Below, one piece after another: positions 27,048-38,752 of a DNA stretch of 64,000 nt (its first letter is position 1; each line of letters opens with the position of its first letter). The stretch lies in assembly GCF_009834535.1 (NCBI RefSeq), contig NC_045697.1, forward strand, positions 42,968,001 to 43,032,000, in the 5' to 3' direction. The notes under the pieces are model-generated. The model searched no databases. It saw only the letters and a program-made list of their open reading frames with translations, and was not told the origin of the DNA. A program made the position numbers and the translations under genes. Source of the DNA: Camelus ferus (taxonomy: Eukaryota).

Positions 27048-27449
27048 ATAGAAAAGCAGCGGGATGATACAGAAATGAGAAACTCACAACTGGAAAGGTG
27101 ATAACTCATAAATTACAAATAAAATCAACACAAAATTGTAAAAGAAGACTTCTAAATCATTGATAGTGGGAGAGGGAGGCAGGAAAATATAGAATTTTTT
27201 TTTCTTTTTAAAATTTTTTGTTCTCAGTAGGATGGGTTTGAGATCATGTTACTATCAATTTAATAAAAACAGTTATAGTAATGGGCTAATAGACTTACAA
27301 AAAAGGGTAACCACAAGCCAAAAACTTACAAGGGAGTCACAAAAACTAAATAAAATCCACAATAATACAAAGGAAAATTACCGAACCACAAAAGGAAGAA
27401 GAAAGGAACAAAGAGGAAATACCAAATCAACTGCAAAGATAAGTTCAAA

Positions 27450-30400
27450 ATGGCAATAAATACACATCTATCATTAATTACTGTAAACGTTAATGGACTA
27501 AATGCTCCAGTCAAAAGACATAGAGTGGCAGACTGGATAATAAAGCAAGAACCTGCAATATGCTGCATACAAGAGACCCACTTTAGGGAGAAGGACAAAT
27601 ATAGATTGAGAGTGAAAGGATGGAAAAGGATATTCCATGCAGATGGAAAAGCCAAAAAGGCAGCTGTTGCAGTACTGATTTCAGACAAAATAGACTTTAA
27701 AACAAAGGCCATAAAGAAAGATAAAGAAGGACATTTTATAACAATTAAAGGAGTAATACAAGATGAGGATATTACACTCATTAATATATATGCACCCAAT
27801 ATAGGAGCACCTAAATACATAAAACAGTTACTAACAGAGATAAAGGGGGATATTGATGGGAATACAATCATAGTTGGAGATTTTAACACCACATTAACAT
27901 CACTAGACAGATCTTCCAGACAGAAAATAAATAAAGCAACAGAGAAATTAAATAATATAATAGAAAAATTAGATTTGGTGGATATTTTCAGAGCATTACA
28001 CCCCCCCAAAATAAGCTATACATTCTTTTCAAGTGCACATGGAACATTTTCCAGGATCAATCATGTACTTGGGCACAAAAGAAACCTCAACAATTTTAAG
28101 AAGATAGAAATTATCTCAAGCATCTTTACTGACCACAATGCCGTGAAACTAGAAATCAACAACAGAGAAACAAAGGAGAAAAAAAGGAAAGCATGGAGAT
28201 TAAACAATATGCTATTAAAAAACCAGTGGGTCAATGAGGAAATCAAAGCTGAAATTAAAAAATACCTTGAGACAAATGACAATGAAAGCACGACCACACA
28301 AAATTTATGGGACACAGCAAAGGCAGTGCTAAGAGGGAAGTTTATAGCAATACAGGCCTTCCTCAAAAAAGAAGAACAATCTCAAATAAGCAATTTAACC
28401 CACCAGCTGAAAGAACTAGAAGAATAAGAACAAAATACCCCAAAAGGCAGCAGAAGGAAGGAAATTATAAAGATCAGGGAGGAAATAAATAAAGTAGAGA
28501 TTAAAAAAACATAGAAAAATCAATCAAACCAAAACCTGTTTTTTTGAAAAAGTAAATAAAATCAACAAACCTCTGGCCAAACTCACAAAGAAGAAAAAAG
28601 AGAGAGCACAAATTAGCAAAATAAGAAAGGAAAATGGAGAACGTACAACAAATAAAATAGAAATATAGAATATCATACAAGAATATTATGAAAAACTGGA
28701 TAACCTAGAGGAGATGGACAAGTTTCTGGAAACATACTGTCCACCAAGACTGAATCAAGAAGAAACTGACCACTTGAACAAACTGATCACTAGAAATGAA
28801 ATTGAAATAGCAATAAAAAACCTCCCTACAAATAAAAGTCCAGGACCGGACAGCTTCACCGGGGAATTCTACCAAACATACAAAGAAGAACTCATACCAG
28901 ACCTTCTCAAACTCTTCCAGACAATTGAAAAGGAGAGAATACTCCCAAACTACTTCTGTGAAGCCACCACCACCCTGATACCAAAACCAGGCAAAGACAC
29001 TACCAAAAAAGAGAATTATAGGCCACTATCAGTGATGAACATAGACACCAAAATCCTCACCAAAATATTAGCAAATAGAATCCAACAACACATAAAAATG
29101 ATTATACATCATGACCAAGTAGGGTTCATCCCAGGGACACAAGGGTGGTTCAACATATGCAAATCAATCAATGTAATACATCACATCAACAAGAGAAAGG
29201 ACAAAAACCACATGATCATCTCAATAGATGCAGAAAAAGCTTTTGATAAAATTCAACACCCATTTATGATAAAAACTCTCACCAAAGTGGGTATAGAGGG
29301 AACATATCTCAACATAATAAAAACTGTATATGACAAACCTACAGCCAGCATAGTAGTCAACAATGAAAAACTCAAAAGCTTCCCACTAAAATCTGGGATA
29401 AGACAAGGATGCCGACTATCACCACTCCTATTCAACATAGTCTTGGAAGTCCTAGCCACAGCAGTCAGACAAGAGAGAGAAATAAAAGGGATCCAAATTG
29501 GAAAAGAAGAGGTGAAAGTGTCACTATATGCTGAAGACATGTTACTATATATAGAAGATCCTAAAAGGTCCACCCAAAAACTACTAGAACTGATCGAAGA
29601 ATTCAGCAAGGTAGCAGGTTACATGATTAACGTTCAAAAATCAGTTGCATTTCTTTACACTAACAATGAATCAACAGAAAGAGAAAGTAAAGAAACAATC
29701 CCCTTTAAAATAGCATCCAAACTAATAAAATATCTAGGAATAAATCTAACCAAGGAAGTAAAAGAATTATACACAGAAAACTTTAAACAATTGATGAAGG
29801 AATTTAAAGAAGACTTTAAAAAATGGAAAGATATTCCATGCTCTTGGATTGGAAGAATCAATATTGTTAAAATGGTCACACTGCCCAAGGCAATCTACAG
29901 ATTTAATGCAATCCCTATCCAATTACCCAGGACATATTTCACAGAACTAGAAAAAATCATAATAAAATTCATATGGAACCATCAAAGACCTAGAATTGTC
30001 AAAACATTACTAAAGAGAAAGAAAGAGACTGGAGGAATAACTCTCCCAGACTTCAGACAATACTATAGAGCTACAGTCATCAAGACAGCATGGTATTGGT
30101 ACCAAAACAGACATATAGACCAATGGAACAGAATAGAGAGCCCAGAAATGAACCCACAAACTTTTGGTTAACTCATCTTCGACAAAGGAGGCAAGAATAT
30201 ACAATGGAATAAAGACAGTCTCTTCAGCAAATGGTGTTGGGAAAACTGGACAGTGGCATGTAAATCAATGAAGCTAGAACACTGCCTTACACCATACACA
30301 AAAATAAACTCAAAATGGATCAAAGACTTAAACATAAGACAAGATACAATAAACCTCCTAGAGGAAAATACAGGCAAAACATATCTGACATACATCTCAA

Positions 30401-31245
30401 AAATGTTCTCCTAGAACAGTCTACTCAAGCAATAGAAATAAAAGCAAGAATAAACAAATGGGTCCTAATGAAACTTACAAGCTTCTGCACAGCAAAGGAA
30501 ACCATAAGTAAAACAAGAAGACAACCTACGGAATGGGAGAAAATTTTTGCAAATGAAACCGACAAAGGCTTGATCTCCAGAATATATAAGCAGCTCATAC
30601 GACTCAATAAGAAAAAAATAAACAACCCAATCCAAAAATGGGCAGAAGACCTAAACAAGCAATTCTCCAAGGAAGACATACAAATGATCAATTGGCACAT
30701 GAAAAAATGCTCAATATCACTAATTATCAGAGAAATGCAAATGAAAACTACAATGAGGTATCACCTCACACCAGTCAGAATGGCCATCATTCAAAAATCC
30801 ACAAATGACAAATGCTGGAGAGACTGCAGAGAAAAGGGAACCCTCCTTCACTGCTGGTGGGAATGCAGTTTGGTGCAGCCACTGTGGAAAACAGTATGGA
30901 GATTCCTCAAAAGACTAGGAATAGCCTTACCATATGACCCAGGAATCCCGCTCCTGGGCATATATCCAGAAGGAATCCTACTTCAAAATGACACCTGCAC
31001 CCCAATGTTCATAGCAGCACTATTTACAATAGCCAAGACATGGAAACAGCCTAAATGTCCATCAACATGACTGAATAAAGAAGATGTAGTATATTTATAC
31101 AATGGAATACTACTCAGCCATAAAAACCGACAACATAATGCCATTTGCAGCAACATGGATGCTCCTGGAGAATGTCATTCTAAGCGAAGTAAGCCAGAAA
31201 GAGAAAGAAAAATACCTTATGAGATCGCTCTTATGTGGAATCTAA
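27450..31245 (+). pseudogene. L1 ORF2p (endonuclease/reverse transcriptase), disrupted
   Basis: Endonuclease motifs [25 protein letters not shown] motifs [29 protein letters not shown]-terminal CWRDC...HCWWEC. Stops at 28425, 28666 and 30169; frameshifts near 28510, 30380 and 31068. Confidence 0.97.
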
Positions 31246-32290
31246 AAAACAAAAAACAAAAAGAAAGCATAAATACAAAACAGAAATAGACTTATAGACA
31301 TAGAATACAAACTTGTGGTTGCCAAGGGGGCGGGGGGTGGGAAGAGATAGACTGGGATTTCAAAATTGTAGAATAGATAAACAATATTATACTGTATAGC
31401 ACAGGGAAATATATTCAAGACCTTATGGTAGCTCACAGAGAAAAAAATGTGACAATGAATATATATATGTTCATGTATAACTGAAAAATTGTGCTCTACG
31501 CTAGAATTTGACACAACATTGTAAAATGACTATTACTCAATAAAAAATGTAAAAAAAATGAGGAAAGTCATTGTGATGAGAAGGATGGACGTGATGAAGT
31601 GACATTGGCAAAAATATTCACATTTAAGAAATTCTCAAAGAGATTTCATAACATTGACATCATAAAGGATAAAAGATTGGGAGACAATCTCTGTTTAGAA
31701 AGGAGTAGGACAACTCATCAAGGCACAGAAAAGATGCTAATGTGTATAGAAGGAAGTAAGTGCTAAAAACTTCTTTTTTTTGTACAAAGGACTAAAATGC
31801 ATTAATGTTTCTAATGTTTTATCATTTTTCATTTTATTATACATATATAACTTACAGGAAGAGAGTTTTTAACATTTAGGCAAAACTTTTATATGTTATG
31901 AGATCATCATGATTTTGCTTGTGTATTATTTAGGTTGATTTGCATGGTTTCAGTTAGAAAGATCATTTTTATGGTCCCATACTCCCGTGGAGTGAGAACT
32001 GCCTGTGTATTTAAAAAATGGGAACCTTGTCTATTTGACTTCTCTTGTATCCTTATTAATAAGATTCCCAGACACTATCACTTTGAATGGAAGATTGTGG
32101 TTACTGTCTCTGCTGGAGAAGACACTGAGAGCGTATTTTGGGGAAAAAAAAGTTTTGAAAATTGTTCAGTGGTTGATGAAAATCAGGTACATGGCACTGT
32201 AGTGACTTTATAGAAAGGTATATAATATAGCCAAAATGTTATCGTGCTAATATTCTGTTACCAAAATTACTATTCAAGATGCAGAATTAA

Positions 32291-32413
32291 TTTTCCAATT
32301 TTTATTTATTTTTTTTAACATTTTTTATTGATTTATAATCATCTTACAATGTTGTGTCAAATTCCAGTGTTCAGTACAATTTTTCAGTTATTCATGGACA
32401 TATACACACTCAT
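32291..32413 (-). mobile_element. 123-bp 5'-truncated L1 tail, same family as the full-length L1
   Basis: Reverse strand aactgaaaaattgt...gaatttgacacaacattgtaa...aataaaaaatg matches 31480-31550; 18-bp TSD ttcaagatgcagaattaa at 32273-32290 and 32414-32431. Confidence 0.92.
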
Positions 32414-33099
32414 TTCAAGATGCAGAATTAAAGAAGCAAACTTGCCAAGGGGATTAGGGAGGGGACTCGAGGCTGGTGGAAAATATTTGACTCTATTTCC
32501 ACTAAAATGTGAGACTGGAAATGCCACTGTTAGCCTCTGAAGTATTCTTTTTGGTGAAGTTACATTTTTAGTTTCTTGGTCATGTTTGGTAATCCCAGGC
32601 AGAGCTAGGGTGAGGGTGCGGCTGGAGAGGGGGATGCCTTGGACTAACCGGCTGACCCTTCACTCTTCCATTCATTCAACCGATGATTTCTACCAATAGT
32701 TTCTACCACATGCAAGGCCCTGAGGCCACTGGTGAATAACTCAGTCACCCCAATTTTTATCCTGGGAGGTGTCTTGACTACGTGGACCACATATTTAAAG
32801 TGATAGCAGGCAGATCCCAGCTACAATTAGATCAATACTCCACTTAATGCAGAGGGTTGTTTAGGAGATGCCATTTTGGAAGATACAACAAACATTTTGA
32901 TAAATTTTACACTTGATGAAGGCCTGGGGAAAATATTCCTCTTTATTGTGGAAAGAGCTCTTCAGAAGAGATTTGACTCTCCATTTGTACTAGACTCAGT
33001 TTGTGCATCATTCCAGACCTGCTTTGTCCTCTGCTTGCAGCCAGATCAGCTCTGCTGACAGCTCACACTGTTCCTGTGACTATAAAACTCTCACCGCCA

Positions 33100-33650
33100 C
33101 AGCCTCATTTCCTAAGGCCTGGAGTTGTTTTAGCCTCCCCTGTGGATGAGCACGGGTTTCCAGCCTGGTTTTCACCAAGCCCAGGGTGAATGCAGTGACT
33201 AAGGCATCATATTCTGACTCAACAAGACCCAGGAAGCTCAGGCTTCCCCAGTGACTTCCTTAACGGACCAGGCAACATGATCAGGAAGCACTGGGTTGTT
33301 AACACCCCAGTGAAAGAACCCTGACCAATGAAAGTTAGGAGAAAGGAGCCAGCGGACACTTGCCTTGTGCTTCTTTTCTCTGACAGACTTCTCAGACACA
33401 GTGGATCCCTTTACCCTCGCTATTGCTGGATAGGGAACTTTCCGACATGACTGAGCTACCGGTGATGCTGTGGCAACTTCGTAACATACCATCTTGTCCA
33501 TGCTTTCTCTGCCTTCCTGCCTAGCTGCTTCTTTTTTTTTTTTTTTTTTCCTCTCACCTCACTCTTGTTTCCCTGGGACTGGGCCATCAGTAAAGCATTA
33601 ACACTAAGATTTGTCTTATGCTCTGTTTACTAAGAACCCAGACAAAGACA
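33100..33650 (+). mobile_element. ERVL solo LTR, LTR16/LTR33-like
   Basis: gttaacacccc...aaccctgaccaatg...ggagccagcggacac; ends ctctgtttactaagaacccagacaaagaca; 5' boundary approximate. Confidence 0.75.
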
Positions 33651-33702
33651 TCAGTGTCTGCTAAAAATGGTCCAGGTCTGGTCTTGAAATATTCTGGTAG
33701 CC

Positions 33703-33920
33703 TTCTCATGGCTGAATAATATTCCATGGTATGTATATACAGTATCGTTATCTATTCAGCCATTGATGGGCACTTACAATAACATGTGATGTGATAGAGG
33801 TGCTACCTAACACTACAATAACAATCATATTGCAATATACAAATATATCAAATTAACATGCTGTACATGTTAAACTTATACAATGGTATATGTCAAACAT
33901 ATTTTAATGAAAAATAATAA
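33703..33920. mobile_element. Short L1 3' end with inverted 5' piece
   Basis: 33703-33778 is antisense L1 (atggctgaataatattccatggtatg...ttgatgggcactta), joined directly to a sense tail at 33779-33920 (catgctgtacatgttaaacttatacaatg...). Confidence 0.7.
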
Positions 33921-33970
33921 TCTGGCTTTTGTCATTATTAGATATATTTTTACTAGTTTCTTGATCTGTA

Positions 33971-34009
<39 letters not shown>
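33971..34009. repeat. Compound microsatellite (TC)8(AC)n
   Basis: Seen directly. Confidence 0.95.
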
Positions 34010-35082
34010 TACAAATCCATCGAAATAAACAAACAACAAAACAAGGCAAACATCTCTGCACAAAAAAGGAGTATGTATTTAATAAGTAGTACTTTGTGTG
34101 CCATATGATTATACTAATTCCTTTTGAGGGCTCAAGATGGCCTCATCTCAAAGAGTGGACATTGGAAAAAACTATAAGCATATGTAAACTATCACAAAAA
34201 TAACTTAAATATATGTACATTGAAGCCTTCAAAAGTTTCTAGGCAATGAGTGAAATGGTTTGTCAAAATCTCTCCTCCTGTTATTAAAGCCACCAGCAGT
34301 GGCAATTGGAACTTTAGTATAGGATTATTAGATGGGGAAGAGAGGTCACTCCAAAAGATAAATTTTAGAAAATTGTTGCTATTACTCTAATCATTACTTA
34401 TTTTTCCTGGCCCATGAGGCTGTCCCGTGAGCTGCCTGAGGAACTCACAAAGGGGAGGGACATACATTACCATAGATATAATTATTCAAAATAATTTTCA
34501 TTAGGAAAAAGAATCTCATTTTTAAAGATGGGCCCAGGCAATCAGCCATCAAGGTGTACAGCCCTAAAGAGACTGCCCATGGCTGCCAGGCCACCTAAGG
34601 CAGGCTGTGTTCCCTCTTACTGCCTTCTGGTCCTGAAAACCATTAATCCTATTAATTGCATATCAAAAGACTGGTAGCAATTCTACAAATGAGTAAACAC
34701 AGAGATAAAAGTGTAATCAGACTAGTCCAGCAAATTGGATTCAGGTCTTCATTGAACAATCCTGTTTCAATTCAGCAATTTTATTATCACCGTTACTGGA
34801 ACAAATCACTTTATTAAACAGAAGGAGCTTTTGTGGAGAAATTTCTTCTTGTGGCCAACATTATGAAGCTCTCTAACATAAAAACAGCACTTATACTTGT
34901 CAAGGGATTTCTTTAGGCAATTCAACTAATGGCTTGTGACAGGTAGGACTTGAAATGTTCATTCAAGCCTTCCAATTGCTATGCAGCTGTATTTTTTTTT
35001 TTCATTCTAAGGGAAAAAAGCACTCTTTTGATGCTTTTAGTGGAATTAATATTTTCAGTAAGGAGTTTGCTGACAAGAGGAT

Positions 35083-35193
35083 CTCTCTCTCTCCCTGTAC
35101 CTCCTTCCAGTCTCCCTCCCTCCCTCCCTGCTCCTGTCCCTCCCTCCCCCTCCCCTCCCTCCCTCTTTCTCTTCCTCCTATTCCCACTCCTTC
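35083..35193. repeat. Polypyrimidine (CCCT)n-rich tract
   Basis: Nearly pure C/T; ccctccctccctccc at 35114-35128. Confidence 0.9.
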
Positions 35194-35534
35194 TGTGAAG
35201 GGCAGTTGAGTTTGAGGAAGAAGGCATTGAAGAATAGGACAGCATTTGGATTTAATTGAGGCAGATCCTTCCATAAATTTTTTTTGCACAAGGATCCTTA
35301 AAATAATAGAACAACTCATCATATTGCTAGGATAGAAGATGAACAAACTGGAAATTGTCAACCACGAGCTTGCTTTCTTAATTCCCTTCCTAGGCACGTA
35401 GGGCCCTAAGGAGTCAAGACCAGGGGCAAGAGTGGAGACTGGCTCCTTAGCTGCTGTGGGGCATAGAGCTGAGCGGATCAAAGACAGAATCCCAGGGAAA
35501 AGGTAGGCTCAGGGCTCCTTACCAGGGTTTAAAA

Positions 35535-35725
35535 TGCCATCCAATAGGGCTTTCTGTGATGGTGGAGCTGCCCAATAAGGGTGGCCACTAGCCACAGGTG
35601 GCTGTTGCTCTCTTGAAACGTGGCTAATGTGACAGAAGAACTGAAATTTTATCTCATTTAATTTTGATTAATTCAACATTTGATAGCCACACGTGGCTAG
35701 TGGCTCCCACATTGAATAGCACAAG
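35535..35725 (+). mobile_element. MER3 hAT-Charlie element
   Basis: tccaatagggctttctgtgatggtgg...gccactagccacaggtggct...gaaacgtggctaatgtgac...tagccacacgtggctagtggct. Confidence 0.88.
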
Positions 35726-36839
35726 TGTATAGGGTTAGAACTGTGAGGTCTGAGTAGAGAAGTGAAGACTTCTTCCGAAGAGAAAGGTCTCTAACAATGT
35801 TTGACAAGACATGGTGAAATGTACAAGAGAATGAGGAAAGGATGAAAGAGATCAGTAGAAACTGAAAACCTTCCCATATGAAACACTGACATTTGGTAAT
35901 TGATTAAAATATACTTTTCTGAATATTACATATAGTCTTTTTTTTTTTTAATGTCAAGCAGAGTTTATTTTTAAATTGTTAAGACTGTCCTAGTAATAGC
36001 TGTCATGGCACAGCAGTTGACAGTTTTATAGCCATATTCAATGACTGAATATAGTTGAAAAGGGAAATTTGTTCATTGGGCACTTAATTTCCTTCATTGT
36101 AGCATGAGAGTAAGAAAGAAACTTAAGAGATATTTGTGACCACGTTTCAGATTTATGGCTGAGGGGTTAAATTGAATATTTTGCTTTCTGAATGTTTTGA
36201 CATAACTACAGTGAGACTTGGCATTTGATTTTATTACAGTTGCATACAAAGTTGGATTGTCCATAATGCCAGTTTGGAACTAAATTGACCTGACTGCTTG
36301 CGGAGACTTACAACCCCTCCCATTCGATCTTAGGTCTTAATAAACTGAATATCCCTGAAAATGCTGTTCTGAAGACAAAATAAAAGCTGATCAACTATGG
36401 CCACTGTGCCAATACAAATTTCTGCAAACTTTATATAAATGATCAAAAAATTTTCTTGTAAATCAATAAATTTGGTAAATTATAATTTGAATATTTGTCA
36501 AATTGACTTTTCAGTGACTTAGCCATTCTGCAGCTCGCTTTCTTGTCTGTGACAAAGGCAGCTGTACTCATGTCTCTGTCCTCCTCCACTTTCTCCAGTG
36601 TGCTCAAGGCACCTGCAGCGGTCCCCCAGATACAGGAAAGCCCATCTCACTCCATCCTTCTTTGCCTGGGAAATTCCTATACATCACTAAGATGCAAGTA
36701 AATGTCCCTTCCTCCTAAAGTCCTCTTAAATCTCATCCCCACTTGCCCACTCTAGGTAGTTAACTGCTAATTTCTGCAGGTTTCCAGAGGGATTGGCAAC
36801 TGTGAGGATGATCTCAGTCTGAAACTTTTGGTGATATTT

Positions 36840-36990
36840 ATGCCCCACAAGGGAGAATCTGCCTGAGAACGAGGTGAACAGAGAGGGGAGCTGAGTGGAT
36901 AGATGAAGGAAAAGAGGTAGAGTGTTTATGATACCCTCTTGACACCTGGATCTAGCTGTTCAGCCCCACACTTTCTAGTTACTTTCTAGT
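36840..36990 (+). mobile_element. MLT1I/J/K-like LTR fragment
   Basis: gagaatctgcctgagaacgaggtgaacagagagg...cacctggatctagctg...ttctagttac. Confidence 0.55.
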
Positions 36991-37981
36991 CATAGGAAAC
37001 TCAGAAAGTACTACTTCGTAGTGGGGAGAACTTCCTGAGACATTAATAATTGTGAGCCCTGGTGATTACCTTTCCTGGCATTTGATGTGGGGCTTCTGCC
37101 TCTTGAGGTGCTCAAAGTGTACCCTGTCTCATAAAGAGGGGCACAGAGCAGAGCGAAACACCTGCCAGCGGTGGGCTCACCAGCTCTGAGCAGCCTGGTG
37201 TTGCTATGACAGGAAGGCGAGTTGCTCCACCCAGGCCAGTGCTGCATAGCCCTGAAGCAGAATTTAACCCTGGATCGAAGGAGCTGTTAAAAAGGTCCAG
37301 GTGAAGGAGGAGACATGCAGCTAGACTGCACTTGCTCTGGAAGACTTAATGGGAATTAAAAACGGGAAGGTGAAAGAAGCTGCCTACATTTGAAAACACC
37401 CTTATTCTTCTTATTTCTTATGTTTGGACTTCTGTCCTTGGGGATACCTTCGCTATTTTCCAAATTTTGCTGTGTGATGGTAGCAAATGCCTTAAAAACA
37501 CCAGCAGGGATGCCTTTCCCAAAGATATCCCATAGACACTCTTGTGCTGTAAAAGACACCCAGCCCAGGGATCTCTCTATCTGGTTTGAAAGACCAGATT
37601 TCCTTTCTTTTAGGCAAGATATTTAGTTTCTTTCTTTCACCTATAAAATGGGGTGATGGTAAATACTGCCTTACAGAGTGAAGATTAAATGAAAAAAAAT
37701 GCAAGAGAAGAGGCTAAAGTCATTTTATGTGATTATGTTATTATTTCCACTTTCTTACAGTTCTAGCAAATAGAGTTTCTGTTAAACTCACTGTGTACTG
37801 GTTCTGTACTACATACATAGTCTCTATACAGATTCTGCTTACTGAGAACAGCTCCTCAGAGCTCATCCATGAGAAAATTCCCCCAGAAGTTTCAGATAGA
37901 TGTAAGGGAGGAAAGCAACTGGATTTTGGTAACTTGCACTGGAGTGTGAATGATTGATAGATTTCTTACCAGTGATGTTTA

Positions 37982-38752
37982 CTTTTTAAAAAATTGAGGT
38001 ATAATTGAGATATAACATTATATTAGCTTCAGATGTACAATATAACAATGTAATATTTGTATATGTTGTGAAATGATCACCCCAATAAGTCTAGTCACAG
38101 CTATTGCTACATATAGTTATAAATTTTTTTTCTTGTGATGAGAATTTTTAAGATCTACTCTTTTAGCAACCTTTAAATATACTATACAATATTATTAACT
38201 ATAGTCGCCATGCTGTACGTTACATCCTGAGGACTTATGTTCTTTATAACTGGAAGTTTGTACACTTTGACCCCCTTTAGCCATTTCACCCACCCCCACC
38301 AACTCCCTCTGGCAACTACCAATCTGTTCTCTGTATCTGTGAATTTTGTTTTGTTTTGTTCTGTTTTGTTTTGTTTTGTTTTGTTTTTAGTTTCCACATG
38401 TAAGTGAGATTTGGCTCTGTCTGGCTTACTTCACTTAGCACAATGCCGTCAAGTTTCATCCATGTTGTGGAAGAACCACAAATGGCAAGATTTCTTTCTT
38501 TTTTGTGACTGGACAATATTCCATTGTGTACATATGCACCACATTTTCTTAATCCATTTATCCATTGATAGACAGGTTGCTTCCATGGGTTGGCTATTGT
38601 AAATAATGCTGCAGTGAACACGGGGGTGCAGATATCTTTTTGAGTTAATGTTTTTGTTTTCTTGGGATAAATACACAGGAGTGAAATTGCTGGATCATAT
38701 GATAGTTCTATGTTTAATTTTTTGAGGACCCTCCATATGGCTTTCCATAGTA
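37982..38752 (-). mobile_element. L1 3' end (L1MA9/laurasiatherian-type), containing (TTTTG)n at about 38344-38388
   Basis: T-rich tail, gtgatgagaatttttaagatctactc, gacttatg...aactggaagtttgtac; reverse strand encodes the ORF2 C-terminus remnant FTAALFTIA. Confidence 0.9.

Larger units (their letters stand above)
24793..31555 (+). mobile_element. Full-length (~6.76 kb) LINE-1, camelid/cetartiodactyl type, non-functional
   Basis: GC-rich 5'UTR, ORF1, ~400-bp spacer, ORF2 (endonuclease, RT, CCHC), 3'UTR, AATAAA at 31539-31544, short A tail; perfect 16-bp TSD aaatgaggaaagtcat at 24777-24792 and 31556-31571. Confidence 0.98.
24104..32005 (+). mobile_element. TcMar-Tigger non-autonomous DNA transposon (Tigger13a/Tigger8-like), split by the full-length L1 into 24104-24776 and 31572-32005
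   Basis: Inverted ends ta|catgcagtcctcaa (24104) and gtgagaactgcctg (32005); decayed transposase N-terminus (aagaaataaaaagtgagcatgctggaagagaaa) and C-terminus (reads KIFTFKKFSKRFHNID...LERSRTTHQGTEKML); an L2-like tail piece sits at about 24420-24510. Confidence 0.8.

Noticed and set aside
28714..30171. Intact stand-alone or domesticated reverse transcriptase gene
   Set aside because: It is a fragment of a decayed L1 ORF2 bounded by nonsense mutations, with a YAED active site
26248..30700. Hydrophobic minus-strand ORFs (e.g. 27326-28009, 227 aa)
   Set aside because: Typical antisense shadows of the A-rich L1 coding strand
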